32,000 bases of DNA from Basfia succiniciproducens (GTDB taxonomy: Bacteria > Pseudomonadota > Gammaproteobacteria > Enterobacterales > Pasteurellaceae): assembly GCF_011455875.1 (NCBI RefSeq), contig NZ_CP015031.1, positions 693,405 through 725,404 on the forward strand, given 5' to 3'. The stretch's first letter is position 1. The number at the start of each line of letters is the position of its first letter. A program made the position numbers and the translations under genes. Below are positions 18,224 to 27,507 of the stretch, one piece after another. The notes under the pieces are model-generated. The model was given only the letters and a program-made list of their open reading frames with translations, ran no database searches and was not told the origin of the DNA.

Positions 18224-20611
18224 TTAATCTCTTAAGTAAGCATTAAAACGATCTTTTAACTCAGATAATACAACAGAAATTACCGCATTGATATCGTCTT
18301 CTTCAAGAGTTTTTTCAGTATCTTGAATAGTCAGGCTAATAGCCAGGCTTTTATGACCTTCAGGCACGCCTTGACCTTGATAAACATCAAATAAATTCAC
18401 TTGAGTTAATTTATTTCCAGCCACTTCACGACAAGCGTCAAGAATATCACTTGCCGCAATATTTTCTGCAACCACAAGCGCTAAATCACGCTTGTTAGCC
18501 GGGAATTTAGAAATTTCTTTAGCATTTGCTACATTGCGTTCGGCAACTTTATCAACAATTAGTTCACAAGCAAAGGCTTTACCGTTAATTCCGAGTTTTT
18601 GTGCCGCCATCGGATGGAGTTGACCAATATAACCGATTTCTTCACCGTCTAAAACAATAGCTGCAAATTGCCCCGGATGGAATGCCGGGAATTCTTTGGC
18701 GACAAATTTAATATAAGGACCGGCCTTTGTTAATGATAAAAGATTTTCAATATAACCTTTTAAATCAAAGAAATCGGCGGGTTCGGCTTTGCTCGCCCAA
18801 TGTTCGCTTAGGCGGGAACCGGTCATAACGGCGGCAAATACCAATTCCTGACGAATACCGAATTCGGCGCTTTCATCCGGGATAAAACGTAAGCCCGTTT
18901 CAAACAAACGAACACGGTTTTGTTGACGGTTTTGGTTATAAACTACCGCGCCTAACAAGCCCGTTAATAATGAAACGCGCATTGCCGACATTTCGCTGGA
19001 AATCGGGTTAGGCAGAATCCAGGCGGCTTGCTCAGGATGCAAAATCGATTGAAGTTTAGGATCAACAAAACTATAAGTAATAGCCTCGTGGAAATCATTA
19101 CCGACCAGCGCTAGCTTGATTCTTGATAATTCAAGGTCGGATTCATGGTGTTCGCGCATACTTAAATGCGCTAACGGCGCATTATTCGGAATGCTGTTAT
19201 AACCATAAATACGAGCGATTTCTTCAATCAAATCTTCTTCGATTTCAATATCGAAACGCCAGCTTGCCGATGTTACCGTCCATACCTCATTTTCATAACT
19301 TACCGGCAAACCTAAGCGGTGGAAAATTTCCGTTACGGTTTCCGTTTCAATATGATGACCTAAAAGCGCGTCTAATTTGCTACGGCGTAACTGAACTTTA
19401 TTCAGTTTAGGCAAATGGGTTTCGCTGACAACTTCACAGATCTCACCGACTTCACCGCCGCAGATTTCCACTAAAAGTGAGGTGGCTCTTTCCATTGCTT
19501 TATGTTGCAATTCAAAATCCACTCCCCGTTCAAAACGATGAGAGGAATCCGTATGTAAACCGTATTGACGGGCACGACCTGTAATAGCTAAAGGTGCGAA
19601 AAACGCCGCTTCAAGAATTACATCTTTGGTTTGTGCGTTTACACTGCTTGCCTGGCCGCCAAAAATCCCTGCCATAGCGAGCGGACCTGTTTGGTCTGCA
19701 ATCACCAGCGTGTTCGATTGTAATTTTGCGGTGGTACCGTCTAATAAAACCAGTTCTTCACCGTCCGCAGCAAAACGTACTTGAACCGGTTGCGCTAATT
19801 TTGCCGCATCGAAAGCATGCATTGGTTGACCTAATTCAAGTAATACGAAATTAGTAATATCCACAATCGGATCAATTGAACGAATACCGCAGCGCCGCAA
19901 TTTTTCTTTCATCCAGACCGGCGTTTCGGCATTTACGTTCACATTTTTAACCGAACGTAATAAATAACGCGGGCAAGCTTCAGGCGCCAATACGTTAATT
20001 GCCACTTTTTCGTCAGAAGTAACAGGAACCGGATTAATCGCAGGTTCAGTTACCGCTAATTGATTAACGACACCGATTTCACGAGCAACACCGGCAATAC
20101 TTAAACAATCGGCGCGGTTCGGAGTTAAACTGATTTCAATTTCTTTATCGTCTAATATTAAATATTCGCGGAAATCTTTACCTACAGGCGCATCAGCCGG
20201 TAATTCTATAATACCGCTGTGATCTTCCGACATGCCTAGTTCGCGATAAGAACAAAGCATACCTTCGGAAGGTTGACCGCGTAATTTGGTCTTTTTAATT
20301 TTAAAATCGCCCGGTAATACGGCGCCTTCAATCGCACAGGCAACTTTTAAACCTTGACGGCAGTTTGGCGCACCGCACACGATATCTAATAAACGTTCGC
20401 CGCCTACATTGACTTTGGTCACGCGTAATTTATCCGCATCGGGATGCTGCGCGCATTCGACTACTTCGCCGACTACAACACCATTGAACTCGCCGGCAAC
20501 AGCTTCAACGCCGTCGACTTCCAAACCAAGCATGGTGATTTGATCGCATAATTGTTCCGTATTAACGGCAGGATTGACCCACTCGCGTACCCATTGTTCA
20601 CTGAATTTCAT
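18224..20611 (-). CDS. pheT: Phenylalanine--tRNA ligase beta subunit
   Basis: 795 aa. [14 protein letters not shown].. and the domain order are colinear with E. coli PheT. Confidence 0.97.
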   Translation of the reverse strand: MKFSEQWVREWVNPAVNTEQLCDQITMLGLEVDGVEAVAGEFNGVVVGEVVECAQHPDADKLRVTKVNVGGERLLDIVCGAPNCRQGLKVACAIEGAVLPGDFKIKKTKLRGQPSEGMLCSYRELGMSEDHSGIIELPADAPVGKDFREYLILDDKEIEISLTPNRADCLSIAGVAREIGVVNQLAVTEPAINPVPVTSDEKVAINVLAPEACPRYLLRSVKNVNVNAETPVWMKEKLRRCGIRSIDPIVDITNFVLLELGQPMHAFDAAKLAQPVQVRFAADGEELVLLDGTTAKLQSNTLVIADQTGPLAMAGIFGGQASSVNAQTKDVILEAAFFAPLAITGRARQYGLHTDSSHRFERGVDFELQHKAMERATSLLVEICGGEVGEICEVVSETHLPKLNKVQLRRSKLDALLGHHIETETVTEIFHRLGLPVSYENEVWTVTSASWRFDIEIEEDLIEEIARIYGYNSIPNNAPLAHLSMREHHESDLELSRIKLALVGNDFHEAITYSFVDPKLQSILHPEQAAWILPNPISSEMSAMRVSLLTGLLGAVVYNQNRQQNRVRLFETGLRFIPDESAEFGIRQELVFAAVMTGSRLSEHWASKAEPADFFDLKGYIENLLSLTKAGPYIKFVAKEFPAFHPGQFAAIVLDGEEIGYIGQLHPMAAQKLGINGKAFACELIVDKVAERNVANAKEISKFPANKRDLALVVAENIAASDILDACREVAGNKLTQVNLFDVYQGQGVPEGHKSLAISLTIQDTEKTLEEDDINAVISVVLSELKDRFNAYLRD

Positions 20612-20630
20612 TATTATCTCTCACTCTAAA

Positions 20631-21629
<999 letters not shown>

Positions 21630-21840
21630 CTATGTATTTGTCTTATTTGATAAAATGTTTGTTATAATAATACTAACTCATTAAAAAATCACGTTTTATT
21701 ATGTTTTTGAGCGAAATTTGCAAAAAATTATCACAATCTATTATATAAATTGTTATTGCTTTTAAAGTATTGTTCTAACTAATTTAAAAAATTAATATTT
21801 TTGACTGCACTTTTTGTAGATAGAAAATTTTTTAAGGATT

Positions 21841-21869
21841 AAAAAAAGGTGAGCACAAACTGGCTCACC
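21841..21869 (-). terminator. Rho-independent terminator of yegP
   Basis: A 7-bp stem GGTGAGC/GCTCACC with an 8-nt loop, followed on the minus strand by T7. Confidence 0.85.
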
Positions 21870-21891
21870 CATTCTTTTTTTAGTTAACTTT

Positions 21892-22233
21892 CTATGATTT
21901 GGTTATGTCTTTTATCACTGTAGTTGCCGCATTGTTCATCACTGAGTTTACCCCGTTTTGCGCCGCCGCTTTTGATGAATAATATTCGCTACGCCCGATT
22001 TCCTGATGATTTTGCGCTTTTAAGATGAAATAAGGTTCGCCATTTTTATTTTCTCTGAATTCAAAATTTTTTTCATCACCACCATTTTTTTGTACGGAGG
22101 CAATACCGTTTTCCGCCGCCGCACGGGAGCGATAAAGTTCGCTTGTCAAGATAACTTGGCTATTAGCAGCTTTTAAATTGAACATAAATTGTCCGTCTTT
22201 CGCTAATTTGAGTTCATACCAACCTAATGCCAT
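21892..22233 (-). CDS. yegP: YegP-family protein (two DUF1508 repeats)
   Basis: 113 aa with two internal repeats (..FNLKAANSQVILTSELYRSRAAAENGIASV.. and ..FILKAQNHQEIGRSEYYSSKAAAQNGVNSV..), typical of UPF0339/YegP. It has an AAGGAG SD and a strong terminator. Confidence 0.8.
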   Translation of the reverse strand: MALGWYELKLAKDGQFMFNLKAANSQVILTSELYRSRAAAENGIASVQKNGGDEKNFEFRENKNGEPYFILKAQNHQEIGRSEYYSSKAAAQNGVNSVMNNAATTVIKDITKS

Positions 22234-22278
22234 TTTCTATCTCCTTTAATAAATAGATTGACCATAATTATTTGAATT

Positions 22279-22298
22279 GAGAATAAATTCTCATTATC
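22279..22298. promoter_or_regulatory. Fur-box-like dyad just upstream of yegP
   Basis: The minus strand reads GATAATGAGAATTTATTCTC. The first 12 nt match the Fur consensus at 11/12, in a GATAAT-GAGAAT-tt-ATTCTC arrangement, with the dyad GAGAAT-aa-ATTCTC. It lies 46-65 nt upstream of the yegP ATG. Confidence 0.3.
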
Positions 22299-22378
22299 AA
22301 GCATAGTAATATTCATGAATAAACACAATCTATTTTTTAACCAATTTGTTTAAATAATATCTACGCAAACGTTAATTT

Positions 22379-22394
22379 TGTGATATAGATCACA
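22379..22394. promoter_or_regulatory. Consensus CRP-type site TGTGA-N6-TCACA
   Basis: TGTGATATAGATCACA is perfect in both half-sites with 6-nt spacing. The arms extend to 10 bp (AATTTTGTGA/TCACAAAATT, 22374-22399). It is about 153 nt upstream of the yegP ATG and 123 nt upstream of the higB ATG. Confidence 0.6.
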
Positions 22395-22509
22395 AAATTA
22401 ACACGGGGATGATGTTTTTAAAAATTATTTAATTTATAAAGACTTCCCCTTAGGTTTCTATATTTAAAAGTTATTTAGATAATTAATTTTTATTGAGGTT
22501 ATAGACTTT

Positions 22510-22794
22510 ATGATAATGCATTTTGCCTGCCCGGATACAAAAAGATTTTTTAACGGAGAAAGATTCGTTCGCTTTATTTCTTGCGAAAGATTAGCCATTC
22601 GGAAATTACAGCAGCTTAATGCTGCAACTTCTTTGGAGTTTCTAACCAAATTGCCTAATAACAAGCTGGAAACCACTCTGTACAATCATGTTTCCTATTA
22701 CAATCTGAAAATCAATGAACAATGGAGTTTATTATTTTTATGGGATCATAATAGCCCGACAGATGTGAAATTAGTGGATATGAAAGAGGTTTAG
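22510..22794 (+). CDS. higB: HigB-like (RelE/ParE superfamily) toxin homologue with substituted catalytic positions
   Basis: 94 aa. It aligns position-for-position, without gaps, to my recollection of Proteus vulgaris HigB (shared K52-L53, Y63, W72, F76, D90; motif LNAATS). It sits upstream of and 1 nt from a HigA antitoxin gene, the usual toxin-first hig order. Confidence 0.75.
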   Translation: MIMHFACPDTKRFFNGERFVRFISCERLAIRKLQQLNAATSLEFLTKLPNNKLETTLYNHVSYYNLKINEQWSLLFLWDHNSPTDVKLVDMKEV

Positions 22795-22795
22795 T

Positions 22796-23119
22796 ATGAG
22801 TAATAGCAATTGTACCTGTTTTCATTTAGTTCATCCCGGTGAAATTCTTTACGAAGAATGGCTGAAACCATTAGGCATTACACAATTTGAATTAGCCCAG
22901 GGAATTTTGCTTTCTCCTCGCAAAATCAGTGAAATTGCAACGGGCAAACGTCCGATTACTGCGGATGTCGCTGTGCGATTAGCGCTATTTTTCGGTACGG
23001 ATGCGGAAAGCTGGCTGAATTTGCAAAGCCATTATGATATTAAGAAAAGCGAAGAAGAAATTAAAACCGACATCGAATCCATTTTGGATTCGTCCATAGA
23101 CGGCTATTTAAATATATAA
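22796..23119 (+). CDS. higA: HigA-family antitoxin (XRE-type HTH)
   Basis: 107 aa. HPGEILYEEWLKPLGITQFELAQGILLSPRKISEIATGKRPITADVAVRLALFFGTDAESWLNLQSHYD matches the HigA/VapI pattern HPGE..L....G.....A..L.V....S.I.NGKR.IT...A.RL...FG....FWLNLQ..YD. Confidence 0.88.
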   Translation: MSNSNCTCFHLVHPGEILYEEWLKPLGITQFELAQGILLSPRKISEIATGKRPITADVAVRLALFFGTDAESWLNLQSHYDIKKSEEEIKTDIESILDSSIDGYLNI

Positions 23120-23146
23120 AAGATTTTTTCAATGTTTAAAATAACG

Positions 23147-23171
23147 AAAGGCAGGTTCACATCCCGCCTTT
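23147..23171. terminator. Hairpin between convergent higA and cspD (probably a bidirectional terminator)
   Basis: The stem AAAGGCAGG/CCCGCCTTT has one mismatch and a 7-nt loop. T-rich tracts follow on both strands. Confidence 0.55.
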
Positions 23172-23216
23172 AATTATTTTTAAATAAGATGACAAATAAA
23201 AAGAGTGTTTAGCGAA

Positions 23217-23426
23217 TTATTCTAAAATAGGAATAATTTTAGTTGCGTGTGAGCCTTTTTCACCATGTACAACTTCAAAATTCACTTTTTGTCCGGCTTT
23301 TAATGAACGGTAACCATCCATTTCGATGACTGAATAGTGTGCAAAAATATCCGCATCACTTCCTTCCGCATTAATGAATCCAAATCCCTTAGCATTATTG
23401 AACCATTTTACAACACCAACTTCCAT
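23217..23426 (-). CDS. cspD: Cold-shock-domain protein CspD
   Basis: 69 aa. GVVKWFNNAKGFGFI (RNP1) and DIFAHYS (RNP2) are colinear with E. coli CspD. Confidence 0.9.
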   Translation of the reverse strand: MEVGVVKWFNNAKGFGFINAEGSDADIFAHYSVIEMDGYRSLKAGQKVNFEVVHGEKGSHATKIIPILE

Positions 23427-23628
23427 AGAATTACCCCTATCGGCTAGTCCTTACAGACAACTTACTACATATAATAAGACTTGTGCCTTATTTCCTAAAC
23501 GCTCTTTATGTTAATAAATCCCGCTTATTTATCAATAAGCAATATTTGAAAATTTAACGGAGATCACAAAAATTTTGTAAAGAAGATAAATTTTTATTTT
23601 AGTTAAGTAAAAAAGTTCATTTATACAT

Positions 23629-23671
23629 AAAAAAGTGCGGTAGAAATTTTGAGAAATTCTACCGCACTTTT
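23629..23671 (-). terminator. topA terminator formed by an inverted pair of exact USS
   Basis: AAAAGTGCGGTAGAAATTT-tgag-AAATTCTACCGCACTTTT, about 18 bp with one bulge. The USS lie at 23633-23641 and 23661-23669. A T6 run follows on the minus strand, 14 nt after the topA stop. Confidence 0.8.
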
Positions 23672-23684
23672 ACACCATTACTGA

Positions 23685-26291
23685 TTATTTTTTACGTTCA
23701 ATCCAATTGCCGTCAATATAGTCAACAATCCATTTGGTTTTCTTACCGTTTTTTTCAGAAGTGACGTATTGATGTTTTTCTTTACGACTAAAACTGATAA
23801 TCGCCGGGTTGCCTTCAGGATCCTGCTGCGGCGCATCCGCCAAATATTGTAATTTTTCCGGCAAACGTTCGCGATATTGAGCCAGCTCGGCCACTTTTGC
23901 CGGGCGGCTTTCGCGAACCCGTGGGAAATTATGCGCCGACATAAAGACTCCAACGGCGCTGTTTCTTAATACAAAATAAGCATCGGCTTTTTCACATTTT
24001 AATTCAGGGAACGCAATCGGCTCTTCTTTTGGCGGCGCTACCTCGCCGTTAGCCAGAATTCGGCGCGTATTATCGCAAGCGGTACAAGCCATATATTTGC
24101 CGAAACGACCTAATTTTAAGTGCATATCCGAGCCGCACTTATCACATTCCACAATCGGTCCGTCGTAGCCTTTGATTTTGAAAGTACCTTGTTCAATGAG
24201 ATAACCCTCACAGTTCGGGTTATTCCCGCAAATATGAATTTTACGATGCGGATCAATAATATAACTGTCCATTGCGGTATCGCATTTCGGACAGCGTTTG
24301 CGTTCCATCAAGGCTTTAGTTTCTGAAGCATCATCCAATACGTTTAATAATTCCGCTTCGGGAATCAAATTAATGGTCGTCTTACAACGATCTTTCGGCG
24401 CTAAAGCGTAACCGGAACAACCGAGGAACACACCGGTACTTGCTGTGCGGATTGCCATAGGGCGACCACAGGTCGGACATTGAATATCCGTTAGTACTAA
24501 GCTGTTCGGCTTCATGCCGCCTTCCAATTCATCTAGTTCCGCGGTGGTTAATTGACCGGAAAAATCTTTAAAAAATTGGTTTAATTCCGTTTTCCAGTCT
24601 TTTTTACCAGTGGCAATTTGATCCAGCATATCTTCCATGCTTGCGGTAAAATCATAGCTCATAAGATGGGCAAAAGACTGATTTAAACGATCTGTAACAA
24701 TTTCACCCATTTTTTCCGCATAGAAACGGCGGTTTTCCGTTCTCACATAACCGCGTTCCTGAATGGTTGAAATAATTGCCGCATAGGTTGAAGGGCGCCC
24801 GATTCCACGTTTTTCCAGTTCTTTTACTAATGCCGCTTCGGTAAAACGTGCAGGCGGTTTGGTAAAATGCTGGCTTGGCTGAATTTCATCTAATGCCAAT
24901 TTATTATGTACATTCAATGCCGGCAATTCTTGATCTTCCGCAGATTTGCCAAGCTGCGGCAATACTTTTGTCCAACCGTCGAAACGTAGGATTCTGCCTT
25001 TAGTTTTTAGCTCGTAATCCCCCGCTTTTACCGTCAATGTGGTGCTGTCGTATTGTGCCGCCGGCATTTGACAAGCGACAAACTGGCGCCAAATTAAATC
25101 ATATAAACGGACAGCGTCTTTTTCCATGCCCTGCAAATCATTCATGGAAATATTGACATCCGACGGGCGGATAGCTTCGTGGGCTTCCTGGGCATTTTCT
25201 TTGCTTGAGTAAAAATTCGGTTTTTCAGGTAAATATTTTTCGCCGAAATTGCGTTCAATATAACTTCGAGCCATATTTAACGCATCCCGGCTCAGGTTTG
25301 TCGAATCGGTACGCATGTAGGTAATGTAGCCGGCTTCATACAAACGCTGTGCCAACATCATGGTTTTTTTTACGCTGAAATTTAATCTCGTGCTGGCGGT
25401 TTGTTGCAAAGTTGAGGTAATAAAAGGCGCTCGCGGTCTTGAAGTTGTCGGTTTTGTTTCAAGCGCAGAGACGAAGTAATCGGATTTTGCTAAAAAATCT
25501 ACCGCACTTTGCGCCTCGGTTTCATTTTTAGGATCAAATCTTTTCCCTTTATATTCCGCTACATCAAGAGTAATTTTTTGATTGTCCGCAGTTTTTGTGA
25601 CAACGGCGACTTCCCAATATTCCTGTGGTTGAAAAGCTTTAATTTCGCGTTCACGTTCTACCACTAATTTTACCGCAACAGACTGAACGCGGCCGGCGGA
25701 TAACCCACGGGCGACTTTTTTCCATAATAGCGGCGACACCATAAAGCCCACAACGCGGTCTAAAAAACGGCGTGTCTGCTGGGCGTTTACGCGGTCTAAA
25801 TTCAAATGTTCCGGCTTTTCAAATGCCTGTTTAATGGCATTTTTAGTGATTTCGTTAAAAACCACCCGGCTGAAACGATTGTCATCACCGCCAATTACTT
25901 CTCGCAAATGCCACGCGATCGCTTCCCCTTCTCTATCCAAGTCGGTTGCGAGATAAATATGGTCGGCTTTTTTGGCTAGAGATTTGAGCTCGGCAACCAC
26001 TTTTTCTTTGCCCGGCAAAATCTGATAATTTGCTTTCCAGCCGTGATAAGGGTCGATGCCCATCCGTTTAACAAGCGCATTTTTTTCTTTTTCCGTTTTT
26101 AGCGCCTGTTTTTCTTCTGCAGTTAATCCTTTGGTAGAGACCGGCTTGGCTTTTTCTCCTGTTGATGCGCCCGCAGTCGGTAAATCGCGTATATGTCCCA
26201 CACTTGATTTCACTACATAATCACTACCTAAATATTTATTAATGGTTTTCGCTTTAGCCGGCGACTCCACAATAACCAAGGATTTGCTCAT
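23685..26291 (-). CDS. topA: DNA topoisomerase I
   Basis: 868 aa with an N-terminal TOPRIM ([13 protein letters not shown]), the catalytic region [10 protein letters not shown], and C-terminal Zn-ribbon repeats (CPxCG..). Colinear with E. coli TopA (865 aa). Confidence 0.97.
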   Translation of the reverse strand: MSKSLVIVESPAKAKTINKYLGSDYVVKSSVGHIRDLPTAGASTGEKAKPVSTKGLTAEEKQALKTEKEKNALVKRMGIDPYHGWKANYQILPGKEKVVAELKSLAKKADHIYLATDLDREGEAIAWHLREVIGGDDNRFSRVVFNEITKNAIKQAFEKPEHLNLDRVNAQQTRRFLDRVVGFMVSPLLWKKVARGLSAGRVQSVAVKLVVEREREIKAFQPQEYWEVAVVTKTADNQKITLDVAEYKGKRFDPKNETEAQSAVDFLAKSDYFVSALETKPTTSRPRAPFITSTLQQTASTRLNFSVKKTMMLAQRLYEAGYITYMRTDSTNLSRDALNMARSYIERNFGEKYLPEKPNFYSSKENAQEAHEAIRPSDVNISMNDLQGMEKDAVRLYDLIWRQFVACQMPAAQYDSTTLTVKAGDYELKTKGRILRFDGWTKVLPQLGKSAEDQELPALNVHNKLALDEIQPSQHFTKPPARFTEAALVKELEKRGIGRPSTYAAIISTIQERGYVRTENRRFYAEKMGEIVTDRLNQSFAHLMSYDFTASMEDMLDQIATGKKDWKTELNQFFKDFSGQLTTAELDELEGGMKPNSLVLTDIQCPTCGRPMAIRTASTGVFLGCSGYALAPKDRCKTTINLIPEAELLNVLDDASETKALMERKRCPKCDTAMDSYIIDPHRKIHICGNNPNCEGYLIEQGTFKIKGYDGPIVECDKCGSDMHLKLGRFGKYMACTACDNTRRILANGEVAPPKEEPIAFPELKCEKADAYFVLRNSAVGVFMSAHNFPRVRESRPAKVAELAQYRERLPEKLQYLADAPQQDPEGNPAIISFSRKEKHQYVTSEKNGKKTKWIVDYIDGNWIERKK
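25501..25509 (-). repeat. Uptake signal sequence core (Hin-type)
   Basis: Exact ACCGCACTT inside topA. Confidence 0.9.
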
Positions 26292-26351
26292 TTTTTATTA
26301 CCTGAATTGTTGTTTTTATATAAAATTCTATTGGAACTTGTGCACATTTTA

Positions 26352-26369
26352 AATTGTACGAATTGTACG
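26352..26369. repeat. Tandem direct repeat, 2 x AATTGTACG, in the topA/LysR divergent region
   Basis: Two perfect adjacent 9-mers. The palindrome TGTGCACA (26339-26346) lies 5 nt to the left. Confidence 0.8.
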
Positions 26370-26578
26370 GCATGTTACCGAAATGCGCATAAGCTTTAAA
26401 TTAACACTTATATTTGAAATAATCACAACTTTTAGAAAAAATTATCAAGAAAGGTTGTTTGTGAACGGTTTATACTATCATAAACTAATGACTTTGTTGC
26501 GGGCATTTCAAATCTCGCCGCTATATTGCCCAACGAACTATTAATTGGTCAACAACTTTTTTAAAAAAGGTGAAATAA

Positions 26579-27472
26579 ATGGATAAACTCAATGCAATTT
26601 CGGTTTTTTGTCGTATTATCGAAAGCCAAAGCTTTACTCAAGCCGCTGCGCTGGAAAATATTTCCGTGGCGATGGCAAGTAAATTAGTTGCCCAATTAGA
26701 AGAACATCTGAAAACTCGTTTGTTGCAACGTACCACCCGTAAAATCGTGCCTACGGAGGCCGGATTGGTTTATTATCAGCGTTGCCAGCCTATTTTATTA
26801 GAGCTTAAAGAAGCGGATTCAAGTATTAGTGATCTTTCTACCTCATTACAAGGCAATTTGGTGGTATCCGTCCCGATGGATTTCGGCTTGAAATTTATTA
26901 CGCCTACCCTCCCCGCCTTTATTAGTGCAAATCCTAATTTACACGTCGAAATGGAATTTAGCGATCGTCGCGTGGATTTAATGGCGGAAGGCTATGATTT
27001 AGCACTACGTATCGGTTCCCTGCAAGACAGTACCTTAGTTGCAAAAAAACTTGCCACTACCAGTATGCACTTTGCGGCATCCGCGGAATATTTACGTCGC
27101 TACGGTACCCCAAGAAAACCTGAGGACTTGCAATATCATCAGTGCCTGCTTTATAAAGCTATCGGTAATCAGATTTATTGGGAATTTGCCAACAAAGGGA
27201 AAATCCAACGGGTGAAAATGCGTTCAAAAATGGTGTGCAATAACGGATTGACCTTAGTACAGTTAGCCAAAGCGGATTTAGGCATTATTAATTCGCCCCG
27301 TTTTTTAGTGGAAGAAGAATTGGCTTCCGGTGAATTGATCGAAGTGTTGCCCGAATTCAAACAACAATTGCTCGATATTCATGCGGTTTATCCGCATCGC
27401 CGTCATCTGGCGGCCAAGGTGAAAGCTTTTGTAGAATTTTTAAGCGGGCTGAATTTAGGTAGCGAAACTTAA
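26579..27472 (+). CDS. LysR-family transcriptional regulator
   Basis: 297 aa with an N-terminal wHTH (FCRIIESQSFTQAAALENISVAMASKLVAQLEEHLKTRLLQRTTRK) and a C-terminal substrate-binding fold. AAGGTG SD. It is divergent from topA. The specific effector and target are unknown. Confidence 0.88.
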   Translation: MDKLNAISVFCRIIESQSFTQAAALENISVAMASKLVAQLEEHLKTRLLQRTTRKIVPTEAGLVYYQRCQPILLELKEADSSISDLSTSLQGNLVVSVPMDFGLKFITPTLPAFISANPNLHVEMEFSDRRVDLMAEGYDLALRIGSLQDSTLVAKKLATTSMHFAASAEYLRRYGTPRKPEDLQYHQCLLYKAIGNQIYWEFANKGKIQRVKMRSKMVCNNGLTLVQLAKADLGIINSPRFLVEEELASGELIEVLPEFKQQLLDIHAVYPHRRHLAAKVKAFVEFLSGLNLGSET

Positions 27473-27507
27473 TGCGTCAAATTTTTTTGATGTTAACACA
27501 TTGATTG

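Noticed and set aside
22464-22685. A 73-aa minus-strand ORF overlapping the higB 5' region.
   Set aside because: It is antisense to a recognisable HigB homologue, has no SD and no similarity to anything I know. It is most likely a chance ORF in AT-rich DNA.
26461-26544. A 27-codon GTG-initiated ORF (VNGLYYHKLMTLLRAFQISPLYCPTNY) in the topA/LysR spacer.
   Set aside because: It has a weak SD, no terminator and no recognisable features, and it lies in the probable LysR-gene promoter region. The evidence is insufficient.
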